64,000 nt of DNA from Octopus sinensis. Lineage: Eukaryota. The stretch is taken from contig NC_042997.1 in assembly GCF_006345805.1 (NCBI RefSeq), positions 2,418,001-2,482,000 on the forward strand, written 5' to 3'. Made by a program: the position numbers and the translations under genes. Shown piece by piece: positions 13,616-28,304 of this stretch (the stretch's first letter is position 1; each line of letters begins with the position of its first letter). The notes under the pieces are model-generated. The model had not been told where the DNA came from. It worked only from the letters and a program-made list of their open reading frames with translations, and ran no database searches.

Positions 13616-15140
13616 ACGAGGATCGACTAAAATGTTCAAGAGCTGACCAAGATACTCACATGGAATGTGTTCAAATAAGGTTTATTTTTTTAATATAATA
13701 CCCCTTACTGTCCACAGAGGTCCATCGGTGGTGCAGTGCTTGAATCTCATTGTTGAAGAAGCTTTCATCCTGCTGATCAGAAAAAAGTCACCACCATGAG
13801 GTATGCCTTCATCATCCCAGCGCTACTGGTTCCCTGCCAAGTGACTTTTGTCATGTTAGGGAACGCATGATACTCATTGTGAACTAAGGAACTAAGGACG
13901 TGCGTACTGGAGTATTGTCCTGATGAAATAGGAATAATTTCAGTAGTTTTCTTAGGTGTTTGTTCTTAATAGCCTTTCGTAACTGTCTCAGTATTATGAC
14001 ATAGTACTCTCTGTTAGTTGTGTTGCCCTTTTAAAGATAGTAAGTAAATACCATACCCTGTGTATAAAAAAAAGTAATGGTGTCAGTTTCTTTGCTGATG
14101 AAACATTCTTGAGCAAATGGGGAGGGATGTTCTAACCCATGTATTGTTTCTTTCTCTCTGGGTGTAAGTCCTGAAAACGACATTCATTCAGGTTCGGGAA
14201 ACTTTTAACGAATACAGCTGGATTTGCCTCACACTGTGGCAGATTTTCCCGTGATGTGTTCAGCTGTCAGAAAATGTAACACCCACCGAGCAGAAACCTT
14301 CGTCACGTCAAGTTCATTGTCCAAAATATTCCCAACTATCTCACGGAATATATTAATGCCATTGGTTTTGTTGCCATCCTTTCTGTCTCGGGAGACAATG
14401 GAGTTGCGCATAGAGTAGTCTAGTCCGGCTTTTATATTTCATATCCTGATACATTTCCTACTGTGGCTGTGTAGTCCTATCCTGGACAAACACTCCCTCT
14501 GGCAGGTACCGCAAATGTAGCGAAGACTGTTCCTGGCTGGTTGTAATGCCATAGTTTCTTGTTGACGTCTTTTCTTGTCTTTCCATTTCTCCTCTCTCTC
14601 TCTCTCTGTCACTCCTTTGTATTCCCTCTTTTACGGTACGTCGCCATTCTCCACGGTTGCCGTCAACTGCCTCCCAACCGCTAATATTGATGTTGCAGGC
14701 CTTCATGTCCCTTTTGCCATTGGTTATTTGACTGATAAACAGTCGTCTGTCATCCGTCACCATGTGAGGAACGTGATCAATATTTTCCTTCATTGTGTCA
14801 TTTGCAGTCCTCTAGATCGTGATTATTCTTCTAGTTTCTGCTTTTTCCTCCTAAATTCAGCTGCCCAAGATTGCACTCGTGATAAAACTGGAATTTCATC
14901 ACCTAATGCAGCAACCATGTCAGCATGAATGTCCTTGCGGGCTAAGCCCTTTTTTCTGGAGGCTCTTGATTGAAGGCAGATGCCAATTGTTTTCCATTTC
15001 CAAGAAACATCTCTACTAGTTACATTTGAAGTCTACGTTCAGCAGTTAGACGCCAGTATACCTGGAAAGAAGCAATGCAGTTATTAATAAGAGCTGTTGA
15101 AAATAATACGTAAAATATTTCACAGCTATAATATCACTCC
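13616..15140 (-). mobile_element. Degraded mariner transposon interrupted by an RTE insertion
   Basis: ENIDHVPHMVTDDRRLFISQI joins across the insertion to EIVGNILDNELDVTKVSARWVLH (WVPH-like motif). The left end is acgagg..taaaatgttca, beside (TA)n. Confidence 0.75.
14368..14714 (-). mobile_element. RTE (BovB-like) 3' fragment with an 11-bp target-site duplication
   Basis: KRDMKACNINISGWEAVDGNRGEWRRTVKEG; terminal stem ccattgtctcccgagacag; TSD tgccattggtt at 14357-14367 and 14715-14725. Confidence 0.85.
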
Positions 15141-15224
15141 TATATATACATTGTAGAGTTCCGTAATGGTAAGATCAACAAATAAACAAATAATAACATT
15201 TCATCTTGTGAGAGATAAATATCA

Positions 15225-15802
15225 TTTAATAAACATAATATATGTTTTTTTTATGTGCTACTATTAGTTCTTCTTTTGCTGAGAACATGTCCAAAAAATT
15301 TATAACACGTCTGATGTCCTAGCACAGTCATCAGGCATTAACCATATGGCACAACGAGCTAGAAATGGAGGGAAGAAGGGATAAAAGGTGAATAGGAAGT
15401 ATATATAAAAAGTAGAAGGTTGAAACGCTGGAAGCAAAAGGGTAAATAGTTATTTCCCTAAGACCATAATTTATAAGGCTGAAATATAGCGGCCTAGAGC
15501 TAAGGCAGTGTTATAAATACGGTAAAGGGCGTACTTACAACGGCTGAAATAACTCTTTTACCGCTTTTGCTCGTTTTTGGTTATATTTTCGGTTTTCGCT
15601 TTTGTAGCCTTCCACTATTTATATATACTTGCTTCTCAACTTTCCTCGCTCCTTCTCTAACCCGAATTCTAGTTCGTTATGTAATGTGGGTAGTGCTTGA
15701 TGGTTGTGCTGGGACATCATATTATTATAAAAGAATGTTTCGCATGTTCTCAGCACATGAAACAAATATAGCTCATAAAAATAAACTTTGTGTTTATTAA
15801 GT
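15225..15802. mobile_element. Inverted (tail-out) Penelope-like repeat pair, each arm with a degenerate hammerhead
   Basis: Arms ~15225-15458 and ~15547-15802 are diverged reverse complements. HHR remnants lie at 15255-15337(-) and 15693-15774(+). Confidence 0.7.
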
Positions 15803-15833
15803 ACCACGCACAAACATACACACACACACACAT

Positions 15834-15885
<52 letters not shown>

Positions 15886-16622
15886 ATTCCATTTTATAAT
15901 TATTATATGCCACATCTGCAGCATTTTCTTCAACAATAAGTGGTGATAATTGAAAGAATTAGACAACTATATTTAAATCCTCACTCATTGCCTATAGAGT
16001 CTGAGATAATTACCCACAGAATGCTTTTTTGTTTCAAACCAACCTTATTAACATTAATATAATGTGTGGTAATAAATAATGTATAGCACATAAGAAGGGA
16101 AAAGCCCGAAGTACGGCGCGTGGATAAAAGGCTATAGGAACTACGAGAAGAATTGTTAAAATGGAGTTACATTCCCTTTTGAAAAAATAAGAATAGAATG
16201 AATTGTATAACATTCAACACATTGTCGAATTTAAAAGCAGGGATGGAAAATAATGTTATTGAACATGGTTGATAACCTCCACATTCTGGTAAATGATACG
16301 ACCAAATTAAAGACAAGCATGTGTTGATGATCTAATAGCGCTAAACAGGCAATGTTGGTGATTGGATTTTAGATAAATGTGCAGTTTAAATTTACCCAGA
16401 ATTTCCCCTTGATACCAACTACAGAGCCAGAAATGCTGCATCTGGGAAGGTAACAAGGGATAACACTGGGCAGACATGTTTTTTTTTACACCTTTTTAAC
16501 ATAGAAGAGATTCTTGTTCACGGTAACTTTAGTGAATAGGCAATTTTCATTTCAAATATCACAAACATGTTAACTAAACTAATATTCGTGTAATATGTTT
16601 ATATAAGGCAAACACACACACA

Positions 16623-16656
<34 letters not shown>

Positions 16657-17203
16657 TTTACCAAGTCATATATTCTTATGTCGAAGATATCAAGTAGAAT
16701 GTAAATATCTATTCCTGTTGAAGGCAATGTTAAAATATTTTCAAAATGAAAAAGTGAAATAATTACCAAAAACCTCAATGATACAGAGATAACGGTGCTC
16801 TGGAGAAATGATTACTTCTAGGAGAAAAATTAAAGGAACAAAGCGAGAGAGCACGCCAGAATAAAAGGAAGACAATAATTTGATAACTATTTGGTTGGAT
16901 TATGAAGCGAATCCATGAAATAAAATAGTGTTGATCAAACACGATAAAGAAAATAAATGGGAATGGTGAACTTAATGCGAAATAAATTAGATGAAATAAA
17001 TAAACGAAATTTCAATGTATGTTCAAAGAATTTGATTTCCAAAACACATATGTAAAGAGAATAGAATAGAAAGTATAATGAATTTGTAGGATTTGTGTAG
17101 GTTTTGCAATTACTATATTTAATCTAATCGAAATTGTTAGGGAGTAAACAAATGTAAGTATGCACACACAAGCAAGTACGCCCCTCCACATACACACATA
17201 TGT

Positions 17204-17235
<32 letters not shown>

Positions 17236-17239
<4 letters not shown>

Positions 17240-18449
17240 TTAATACAAAAAAAAATCGAAGAAAAACACAAGAAAATACAACGCGAGGACGTGGTACATG
17301 CAAAGTATAAGCACACGTTCAGGGAACGAAGGAAAAGTAGTAATACGTTTCGAGCAAAATTCTTCTTCAGAAACAGGAGACAGAGGATAGTCCAAGACAA
17401 AAGGAAGACGGAGGTGAGGATTCGCCAACGACCCACATATGGTTACATGTTGAATTGACCGGAAGAGAATGGGTAAAGAAAAAGTTCTTTCTAAGGCAGG
17501 AGAGTGTAAAAAAAGGAGACATCAATGTGTATGTGTGTGAGTATGTGTGCGCACGCAGGTGTATGTATGTGTGTGTGCTGTATGTGTGTGGTGTTGGCTG
17601 TTTATATGTGTATGTGTGAGTGAATTTTGCGTCTGTTAAGGTAGGAAGAATACAGCTGCATGGTAAGAAGAGCGGTCTTTTGTGTAGTTGAATTTTCTTC
17701 TTTGTGCGCGCCCATATACACACATACACACATGTGTATGTGTGTGTATGTGCGGTGTGTATGCGCGCACGTGTGTGTATGGGTGTGCATGTATGTGCAT
17801 GATGTGTGTGGGATGAGTACGTGATGTATGGGAAATATATGTGCGTTCATGTGTGTGGGCGTGCGTGTGCGTGTATATATATATATACGTGTGTGTATGT
17901 AAAATAAAAGTTTTTAAAAATTGATAAAATATAGGGGAAACGGGGAAAGGTAAAAAATGAAAAAAACAAAATTAATTAATAAAAAATTACAAAACTACTG
18001 ATAAAAGATAAAAAATAAAAAGAATAACAGAAGTTAGCACAATTATAAAAAATATAAAATTTTAATACAATTAAACATTTTATGTTTGAATTAAAAAATT
18101 CGACGGAACAAACGATAACAAATCGAAAAAAAAAAGGGAATAACAGCGTAAAAAAAACTGTGTGGATATAAGATAGGATAAAATAAAGATTGTTTACTAA
18201 GGAGGTTGCAGAGACGGTCTGCAGACTGAATACGTAACCTGTTTCTGACGGAATCGAGAGTGTGAGGATCCATGGTGTAGGGCGAGTCCAAAAGCGGAGA
18301 TACTATAGGTGGTTTTGGTTGGCCAAGCGGGAATGACGGGCGACGCGAGCGTTCGTACATAGCCGAAAATCTCGTAGATGTTCGGTGAAGCGGTCAGCCA
18401 GCCGGCGGCCCGTCTGAACAACGTAGAGTTTGTTGCTTCTAAAAAAAGA
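17236..18449 (-). mobile_element. Probable non-autonomous Penelope-like element bounded by (TA)n
   Basis: GC-rich 5' part at 18190-18440, an internal simple-repeat body, and a 3' minimal HHR; both ends abut (TA)n. Confidence 0.55.
17340..17374 (-). ncRNA. Minimal Penelope-type hammerhead motif (stems decayed)
   Basis: Minus strand: GUUU-CUGAAGA-A-GAAUUUUGCUC-GAAAC-GUA. Both core boxes and the palindromic ACGU helix III are intact. Confidence 0.7.
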
Positions 18450-18586
18450 TATATATATATATTACAGTTGGCAATGAGGAGAAACCATCTGCAATGCGAT
18501 TGCCAACAAGTAGATAAGTTGATTCGAGCAGACAAAAGATATGCAAATATAGGATAGTGATTGCTGAAATCAACAAATTAGAGGGG

Positions 18587-18715
18587 CTTGTTTCTGTTGC
18601 CTTTACCAAATCAACTCACAAGGCTTTAGTCGGCCCAAGGCTATAGTAGAGGACACTTGCCGACGATGCCTCACTGTGGTTTAGAAGCAAGCTTCGTACG
18701 CCTCAGCCACGCGTG
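18587..18715 (-). mobile_element. SINE family B, 5' half, degraded
   Basis: Reverse complement matches ..caagtgtc.tctactatagcc.tgggccgac.aaagccttgtgagt.gatttggta of the 60.1 kb copy. Confidence 0.8.
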
Positions 18716-18837
18716 ACGCTACACACATAGAGAAATGTAGATAGATATATGCATGCCTATATATTTATGTATGTATATATATATATATATATATATACAT
18801 ATATACATATATACATATTCATTTATATATATAAATG

Positions 18838-18960
18838 AGGGTAGCTATATCAAACTCAATTCTTCATCAAGTGCCACATATTAGAGGAGGCTCTTAGTAA
18901 TAACAGTGTAGCGCAAAACGGCGGTGCATCAGCATGGTCGCAGCTCTGAGCTGAAACTTA
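18838..18960 (+). mobile_element. CR1-type LINE extreme 3' end with tail stem-loop
   Basis: RVAISNSILHQVPHIRGGS*, followed by ggcggtgcatcagcatggtcgcagctctgagctgaaac; homologous to 37985-38215. Confidence 0.7.
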
Positions 18961-18969
18961 AATATATAT

Positions 18970-19003
<34 letters not shown>

Positions 19004-19037
19004 CATACATACACAAACACACACACACACACACACG

Positions 19038-19109
<72 letters not shown>

Positions 19110-19849
19110 CATACATACACACACACACATATATATATGCATACTCTTTCCCTCCGCCCCCACCTCTCTCTCACACACATACACGTATTCTGCCTGTGGA
19201 ATGTTTAATTTGTACGCACTAAATAACCATAGCGAAAATAAATTATTTAATGCATATTTAGATGGGTTTTATGTAATGTAATTAGAATTGCCTAACGTTT
19301 ACTTTCCGCCGCATGGAAATGTTAATTTATTGGGAATAAATAATGGTCAGTTTGGAAAGAAAATAACGCAAAGAGAACATTGACGAGTGAATCTCCAAGG
19401 GGTGGGTTGGATGAGAGATGAATACATATCTTTTACATTCTCTTTGGATGCACAAGAAAATGAATGAAATCAATAAATTTGCTTAAGTAGAATTTCTTTC
19501 TTATAAATTCTCATATAGTATAATTATGTATTTATATAGAGAATAAGTTAAAGTTTGAATGATGTGAAGTTACTTAGTACGTTATTAAATGAAGATCGTT
19601 AAGCTTTCATGAAATGAAAAAATATGAAGCTAAATTGAAGAAATATGAAGCTAAATTAAAGTGAAAAAAATAGCGATGCATTTATTAACCACAAGCGTGT
19701 TGCATTTGGACGCCTTCAGTATGAATAGACGAACAAAATATTTGGTGTCACAATACTGTATATTTCTAATCGTTTATTGTTAGTTAAGGGAAGAAAATCT
19801 AACAATTATTAGTTTTACCACATAAATTTTCTCACCATGAATATATGTA

Positions 19850-20560
19850 TAGGTTTAAAGCGCAGTATACTATTGTTAAAATGAAAGTAAGGTGAAAGCA
19901 GGTATAGCGTTTTTTTTTTTTTGTAACTGATCTTTGTTTTCCAATTGCACATAATTGAGTAAGTCTGCTATAAAAAGGTACACTTCAAAATAATCTCCAA
20001 CCAAGTGTTGTTAATTGCAGGAGAAAATCTAACGGAGGAACTTGCTTGTAATCTCACAAGTCATGCATTAGATACTTGTTTGGAAAGAGTTTTAACGTCA
20101 TATAATGGACTGAGTATTGACTGGGAGATCATAGAGTTACGTCCAAGTTTAATCAGAAAAGAAACGTGTTTTTGTTGGTTTCAAATGCTTCCAGTAGGTC
20201 AGGGACAACTTTTAACCTTTTCTCCTTTAGATGCTGTGTGAGTTGCTGAGACACTCATTGTGCACTTTATTTCTGATATCCCAGACCTTTAGGTATCATT
20301 TGTAACGTTTTGTGATCGCAGTCCTTCTGTGCAGTAAGCTCACAGATTGTGAATCTTTTGTCTTCTCGAATCAACTTGTCTACTTGTTGGCAATTCGTAT
20401 TGCAGCTGGTTTCTCCTACGTGAAGTTCCAGAAATTCTAGAAGTTCCTTCATCCATCTCTGAACATAGTTGTTTTTCAATTGCTTGGGCTCCGGAAACAA
20501 CCTATAACTCTCAGTGAATGTCGCCAGACTGCATTCTTGTTTATTAATGGTAGAATGTTG
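19850..20560 (-). mobile_element. Degraded mariner transposase remnant
   Basis: QVDKLIREDKRFTICELTAQ...TLQMIPKGLGYQK (mariner second HTH). A small fragment of the same family lies at 18460-18580(+). Confidence 0.6.
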
Positions 20561-20589
20561 CTTTTGCTTGGGACCTATTAATCCCCTGG

Positions 20590-21020
20590 AATGCTGACAA
20601 GAAGATTATATATCTAGCCTTATATCTAGTACAACATACCGCAGAACGATGCAGAACGAGGCCCAAAAACCGCTTCAGAAATCATTCCCATACCATTAAA
20701 CCTCCACCTCTAAATTCACTGATATCTTCATGCATTTAGGTAGCAATATTTCTTTTTTACGGCGTTTGAAGTAGTTTCTACCACCGGAGCTAACTAAATT
20801 GAACTTAATTTCATTACCGACGAACACATGCGACCTGTTGTCATCCGTCCAAATTAAGGGTACATTGACAAACCTAACTTTACTCTTCGGTTCTTCTCAC
20901 TGGTGAGGGGTTTAGTGGCGAGGGAATAGGCATGAAGTGTGATTTCATTCAAATGATAAGCCACAGTCTTCAGAGACAGTCACTCCATAATCACGATTTA
21001 CTTAGGAAAATCCCTACAAC
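20590..21020 (-). mobile_element. Degraded Tc1-like transposase remnant
   Basis: WTDDNRSHVFVGNEIKFNLVSSGGRNYFKRR...GGGLMVW, matching the Tc1 W..V.FSDE.KFNL...GGG.MVWG pattern. Confidence 0.7.
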
Positions 21021-21232
21021 TGTACATGCTATAAATATTTAGACCTGTAGTTCTCAAAGGGGGGAAATTCTGCTCCCTTGGGGCGGTGGAAATCACATAG
21101 TGATTCGGCAATAGAAACCGATAGAATAAGTACGTGGCTTACAAGGAATAAGTCTCGGGGTCGGTTTGTTCGTCTAAAATTGTGCTCCATCATGCCCACA
21201 ACAAATGACTGAAACAAGTAAAACAATTAAAG

Positions 21233-21239
<7 letters not shown>

Positions 21240-21300
<61 letters not shown>

Positions 21301-22327
21301 GACGGTCGTCTTTCAGTTTCCGTCTACACAATCCACTCAGAAAGTTTGGTTGACCTCAGGCTACAGTAGAAGGCACTTGCCGAAGGTACGAAGCTGTGGG
21401 ACTGAAGCCGGAACCATGTGATTGAGAAGCAAGCTTCTTACAACACAGACACTTGTTGATACATAGATAAATAGATATAGATATATAGATAGATATACAC
21501 ATGGACTCCTGTATATATGTATATATGTTTGTATATATATTTGTAAATATATATATATATCGACAAATATCATATTTATTTATTATGAATGAATAAATAA
21601 ATAAACAAATATATGTATATGTATATATACACACACACGCACACATGATATACATGCAGGCATAGAATCATAAAACTACAAATGGGCGTGGGTTGTTTTT
21701 TACGTTTTTGTTTTTGTATCGTAAGCTTTGTATCAAATTATCGAAATATTGTTACTGTTCAAGTGTGATTTACTAATGACTTCCATTAACGAACATAATA
21801 CGATTGACTGATGTTTTATAATTCGATATAGTCCAACTGAAATCATTGTCTCACATCGCAAGTTTAGTATGTACCCATGTGTTAAACCATTAAATTATAT
21901 ATATGAGTTAAGCAATATTTTATGGTACTACAAGCGTATTAGAACTCTTACCACATTAACCTTATTAAATGCATTCACATCATCTGCTTTCAATGATTTG
22001 GATGCACCCCTCCTTCGTAATTGATGTTTAAGTAAAAAAAATCTGAAATCCAAGGAAATGTCTAAGCGTTGTTTTAGCAGCAACATTTATATTTATAGGC
22101 CAAATTTACTTGAGTAATTGGTACAAGCCCTACAACAGAGTTGCCAAGTACGCAAGAACAATTAATGAATGACAATTAGTTGATTTTTCCAATCGGCAAA
22201 TATATTTTAATCTATTCCCTGAATTTACAGACCACATTTTTTCAACATATGGGTTCTTCTCATTATCTAATTATGCATACATACATATATACATACATAA
22301 ATACATCAATATATTATTCATACACAC

Positions 22328-22376
<49 letters not shown>

Positions 22377-23413
22377 ATATACGACGGTCGTCTTTCAGTT
22401 TCCGTCTACACAATCCACTCAGAAAGTTTGGTTGACCTCAGGCTACAGTAGAAGGCACTTGCCGAAGGTACGAAGCTGTGGGACTGAAGCCGGAACCATG
22501 TGATTGAGAAGCAAGCTTCTTACAACACAGACACTTGTTGATACATAGATAAATAGATATAGATATATAGATAGATATACACATGGACTCCTGTATATAT
22601 GTATATATGTTTGTATATATATTTGTAAATATATATATATATATATCGACAAATATCATATTTATTTATTATGAATGAATAAATAAATAAACAAATATAT
22701 GTATATGTATATATACACACACACGCACACATGATATACATGCAGGCATAGAATCATAAAACTACAAATGGGCGTGGTTGTTTTTTACGTTTTTGTTTTT
22801 GTATCGTAAGCTTTGTATCAAATTATCGAAATATTGTTACTGTTCAAGTGTGATTTACTAATGACTTCCATTAACGAACATAATACGATTGACTGATGTT
22901 TTATAATTCGATATAGTCCAACTGAAATCATTGTCTCACATCGCAAGTTTAGTATGTACCCATGTGTTAAACCATTAAATTATATATATGAGTTAAGCAA
23001 TATTTTATGGTACTACAAGCGTATTAGAACTCTTACCACATTAACCTTATTAAATGCATTCACATCATCTGCTTTCAATGATTTGGATGCACCCCTCCTT
23101 CGTAATTGATGTTTAAGTAAAAAAAATCTGAAATCCAAGGAAATGTCTAAGCGTTGTTTTAGCAGCAACATTTATATTTATAGGCCAAATTTACTTGAGT
23201 AATTGGTACAAGCCCTACAACAGAGTTGCCAAGTACGCAAGAACAATTAATGAATGACAATTAGTTGATTTTTCCAATCGGCAAATATATTTTAATCTAT
23301 TCCCTGAATTTACAGACCACATTTTTTCAACATATTGGGTTCTTCTCATTATCTAATTATGCATACATACATATATACATACATAAATACATCAATATAT
23401 TATTCATACACAC

Positions 23414-23455
<42 letters not shown>
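21240..23455. repeat. Near-identical tandem duplication, period ~1082 bp, with (TA)n at the junctions
   Basis: acgacggtcgtctttcagtttcc at 21299 and 22381. The copies differ only by small indels, and each includes a SINE B 5' half on the minus strand. Confidence 0.95.
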
Positions 23456-23457
<2 letters not shown>

Positions 23458-23790
23458 GGTTGGCAACTCAATTACCGCCGTTTTTTTAAACTTTTGCTAT
23501 CTATTTTTTTCCGGAAATTCTATTTTTGAATGGTTGTTTTTTTTTCTTCTAGTTAATTTTAATTAAATTTTGTTTATTTTCAGATCATTAAAATAGAATG
23601 TCAAATTAACAAAAACGAGCATTTTCGACGCATTCTTTTACTTCTAATCAAGGTTTAAGACCACATAATCTGCTCGTCACATTTGCGCTGTGTGTGGTGA
23701 AGGTGCCATAACTGAAAGAACCGCTCGTTGTTGGTATGCCAAGTTCATAAATGGAAATTTTGAGCTCAAAGACGTACCTCGTTCTGGCCG
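23454..23790 (+). mobile_element. Mariner 5' fragment (TIR plus N-terminal HTH)
   Basis: ta|tcgggttggcaac TIR; NEHFRRILL...ICAVCGEGAITERTARCWYAKFINGNFELKDVPRSGR, truncated at (TA)n. Confidence 0.85.
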
Positions 23791-23895
23791 TATATATATA
23801 TATATATATATAAATATAAATATATATATATATACACTCACACACACACGCACACACAAACATGTATGTATGTATATACAAACATACATACATAT

Positions 23896-24690
23896 GTAAC
23901 AAAGCTAAAGCTCGTAGAGAAAAGCTACTTAGAGACTGAACTTTGCTGTGCATGCGCACTAAGTTTTGGTATTCTACCTCACTCTTGCTGTTTACAGCTG
24001 TGGTGGGAAGGATTGTGTGTAGCGAGTGATCGTCATGTTAAACATGACAAAGATGAACAGAGAATTTGCATGAAATTTTTGTCTAAAGCTTGGCGATACA
24101 TGCTCAGAGGCAGAAGCACAGTTTTCAAAAAGTTTTCATTGTTCTAGACACATCAAAGAAACCTTGTGCGACTGAAATCCGAGTGTCGTTTTGGTCAGCT
24201 GAAAGCAGTTTTGCTACAAACTAGGCTGGGACCCGTCTGATACACCAACTATCAATGATTATCGACGGAACTGAACCGTATCTAATCAGCACATCTGATA
24301 ATTCACGGATGGTGATTCGACGGTTTCTGTCAGAGCTGTACGCACATCTGCGATGTTTTAATAATTTCTGCTTGTTGCAGGTCTCACACCCTTCGTGAAT
24401 ATTGACATGTTTTCAGCCAGCTCGAAACACCTGAACAACTCGTACACTTGTGTGCGGCTTATACACTCCTTTCCATACACTCCTTCGTTGTCATGGTCAA
24501 TGCGACGATCACATGCTATACATCTTCATGCCAAGCACTGCTGTAAACAGCAGAAGTGAGCTAGAATGCTATAACTTAGAGCGCATGCACAACGAAGGTC
24601 ATGGCCAATATTTGCCTAGAGGTTTCACTCTGCGTGCTTTAGTTTCGTTACTATGGGAAGACTCTGGATACTTATTGATCACACCTCGTA
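23896..24690 (-). mobile_element. Rearranged mariner remnant
   Basis: The right end read on the minus strand is tacgaggtgtgatcaataagtatcc (mariner TIR). Minus strand gives QVYELFRCF..RPATSRN..NIADVR..NRRITIRELSD; a plus-strand EQRICMKF fragment at ~24050 suggests an internal inversion. Confidence 0.7.
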
Positions 24691-24742
24691 TATAGATATA
24701 CATAATATATATATATACATGCATATATACATACATGCATAC

Positions 24743-24856
<114 letters not shown>

Positions 24857-25947
24857 CATACATGAATATATAGAAACCTCATGCGCGTATTGACAATCAT
24901 ATAGCTATGTGGTTAAACGAGACTTGCAATTGTGTAGCTTTCAAATAGTGCTTCTCTATATTTGTTTCATGTTTTTCATCATGCCATACTGTCAAAAATT
25001 ACGTGATTAATATGAAAGTTAGATATATAAATAGTTTACAGGAACGAAATTATACTCCATCGTCACAACATATGACCAATAGTATCCTTATTTAGATATA
25101 TCGAACTTTTTAATCATTGTTTGCCCACAATTCCCACGGTAATAGGAACAATATGATTTTTATGTAAGAAATATTGTCATCGGAGCTGAATTGAAATATC
25201 TACTGCAAAATGATTTTCCATGCATCGTATACAGACGAAATATATGCAGATACATTTAGATGTGTTCATAGAAACTTTGCAAAATTTCCTGAAGCATTAT
25301 GCTTCCAAATCTGAAGTGATTTCGAGGTAAGTGTTTGAATGTGCGGAAACTTAAATAACGTCAAAATATTTTTGTATAATTTCAATTTCTAGTGTGAGAC
25401 TAACGTTAATGTGTAACATCATTTACTGTGGTCGAATATTTTTATTAACAGCATTATGCTCACTTAAAAGATTTACTGTCTGCATGAAAATAGAATATTC
25501 TCTCACAAATTCTGATGATGTTTACAAAATTCAGTAATTGATTTTCTATCTAGTGTTGTTAATTACATATTACTTAGGCATATATCTTGTGTATTCATGT
25601 CTATTACGTTATTTTGGAAGATATATGCAATAACTAATGATTTAGAAGGCTATAATAGTTTATACCTATAAATTTCTTTCATGTGTAACAGGGATATTGT
25701 GTCAAGTCCATTGTTTAATTATTCTGCGTATTTAATGTTATTGTTTAATGGCATTCGCATATACACGGCAAAATATCACTCTAAAGTCTATCTTACTAAC
25801 ATTATTTCATGTCTATACCCGCAATTATGACGGATCTCAACGAAGCATTATTACTTTAGGAAATGTCATTTGCTGAACTGTTGGTATAGTTTCGCTTAAA
25901 ATGTAATCGTCTGGTCATTCAGTTTATATATATATATATATATATAT

Positions 25948-27170
<1,223 letters not shown>

Positions 27171-27599
27171 TATATATATATATGCATATGTGTATGTGTA
27201 TATATGTATATGTATGTATATATATATATATGGTTTTTATGCTTGAAACCTACCATATGTTGCGATAATCGTCGATCATTACAAGATTAAATTATTATTA
27301 AGATTAAATATTTCTGACGTGGAATATTCCAAACGTTAAATTATAGTAACACTAGGAATAATGTCGTTAAATTATGTATATTTATGTATGCGTAAAAAGT
27401 TTTCAATAATTTCCAAGAACTGTAAATGCTACATATTTCTCCATATGCATTTTTATTCTCAGTAATTAAGTTTTAGTTGGATGCTCGTTTGCCATACAAG
27501 TACAAGTGAACAATCCTCATTTACCACGTTAGTATATGATTCAAAACTCCGTATGTCTCCAGTGAAAACATTGATATGGTTACTTTTCATTTTGAAGTA

Positions 27600-28122
27600 T
27601 AGAGGACCTTTTTTATTTGAGATATGCATACTCATGAGGAATGAGGAGGTGCAAAAACGAGCGGGAATGAGAGAAAACTAACAACCAAATTGGACAGTCG
27701 GTGCTTAGTCCACATGGAGAGGACGGATGATGAACGGGTGGTGAGTGATGAAGGATGAATTGTTAGGCAGCACAACCATAGGTAGACCTCAGTTTGTGTA
27801 GATGGATGGAGTGGGGAAAGCTTCGCTGGCTAGAGGTGTTGGAGTGAGAGGCAAGAGAGTTGATAAATAATAGGAAAGCTTGGAGAATGTTTGTGGACGG
27901 ATGAGGGAGTTCGATGTTTCTCAAAGGGGTGCGGAACTAGTATGATGCGGCGGGAGTAAACCGCCATATGCTGACGGGCCTCGCTGCTGATATTGGAGGA
28001 GCGTTCTATGCTTTGACCCAAGTACAGAACGGGCATCGCCCTTTTGAAAAGGGAAATGAAGTGAATGCTTGGTGTATGTCTTGCTCTGGCTAACCGCTCC
28101 TAAAACAAATTGGTAAGATGGC
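27600..28122 (+). mobile_element. RTE LINE 3' fragment, same family as 478-1871
   Basis: MRNEEVQKRAGMRE; the 3'UTR (atgatgcggcgggagtaaac..catatgc..cgctgctgatatt) matches the reverse complement of 590-800; ends in (TA/TATC)n. Confidence 0.85.
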
Positions 28123-28162
28123 TGTGTATATATATCTATATCTATCTATCTATCTATCTATC

Positions 28163-28226
<64 letters not shown>

Positions 28227-28273
28227 CTAGATATATATATATATACACGTGTATGTGTGTGTGTGTGTGTGTG

Positions 28274-28304
<31 letters not shown>

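Noticed and set aside
15445-15555. aaatag-[stem]-agcggcctag..tataaata resembling the CTAG/RCTGG motif
   Set aside because: The apparent stem overlaps the inner ends of the inverted arms and the X/X' helix is missing; ambiguous, so not counted.
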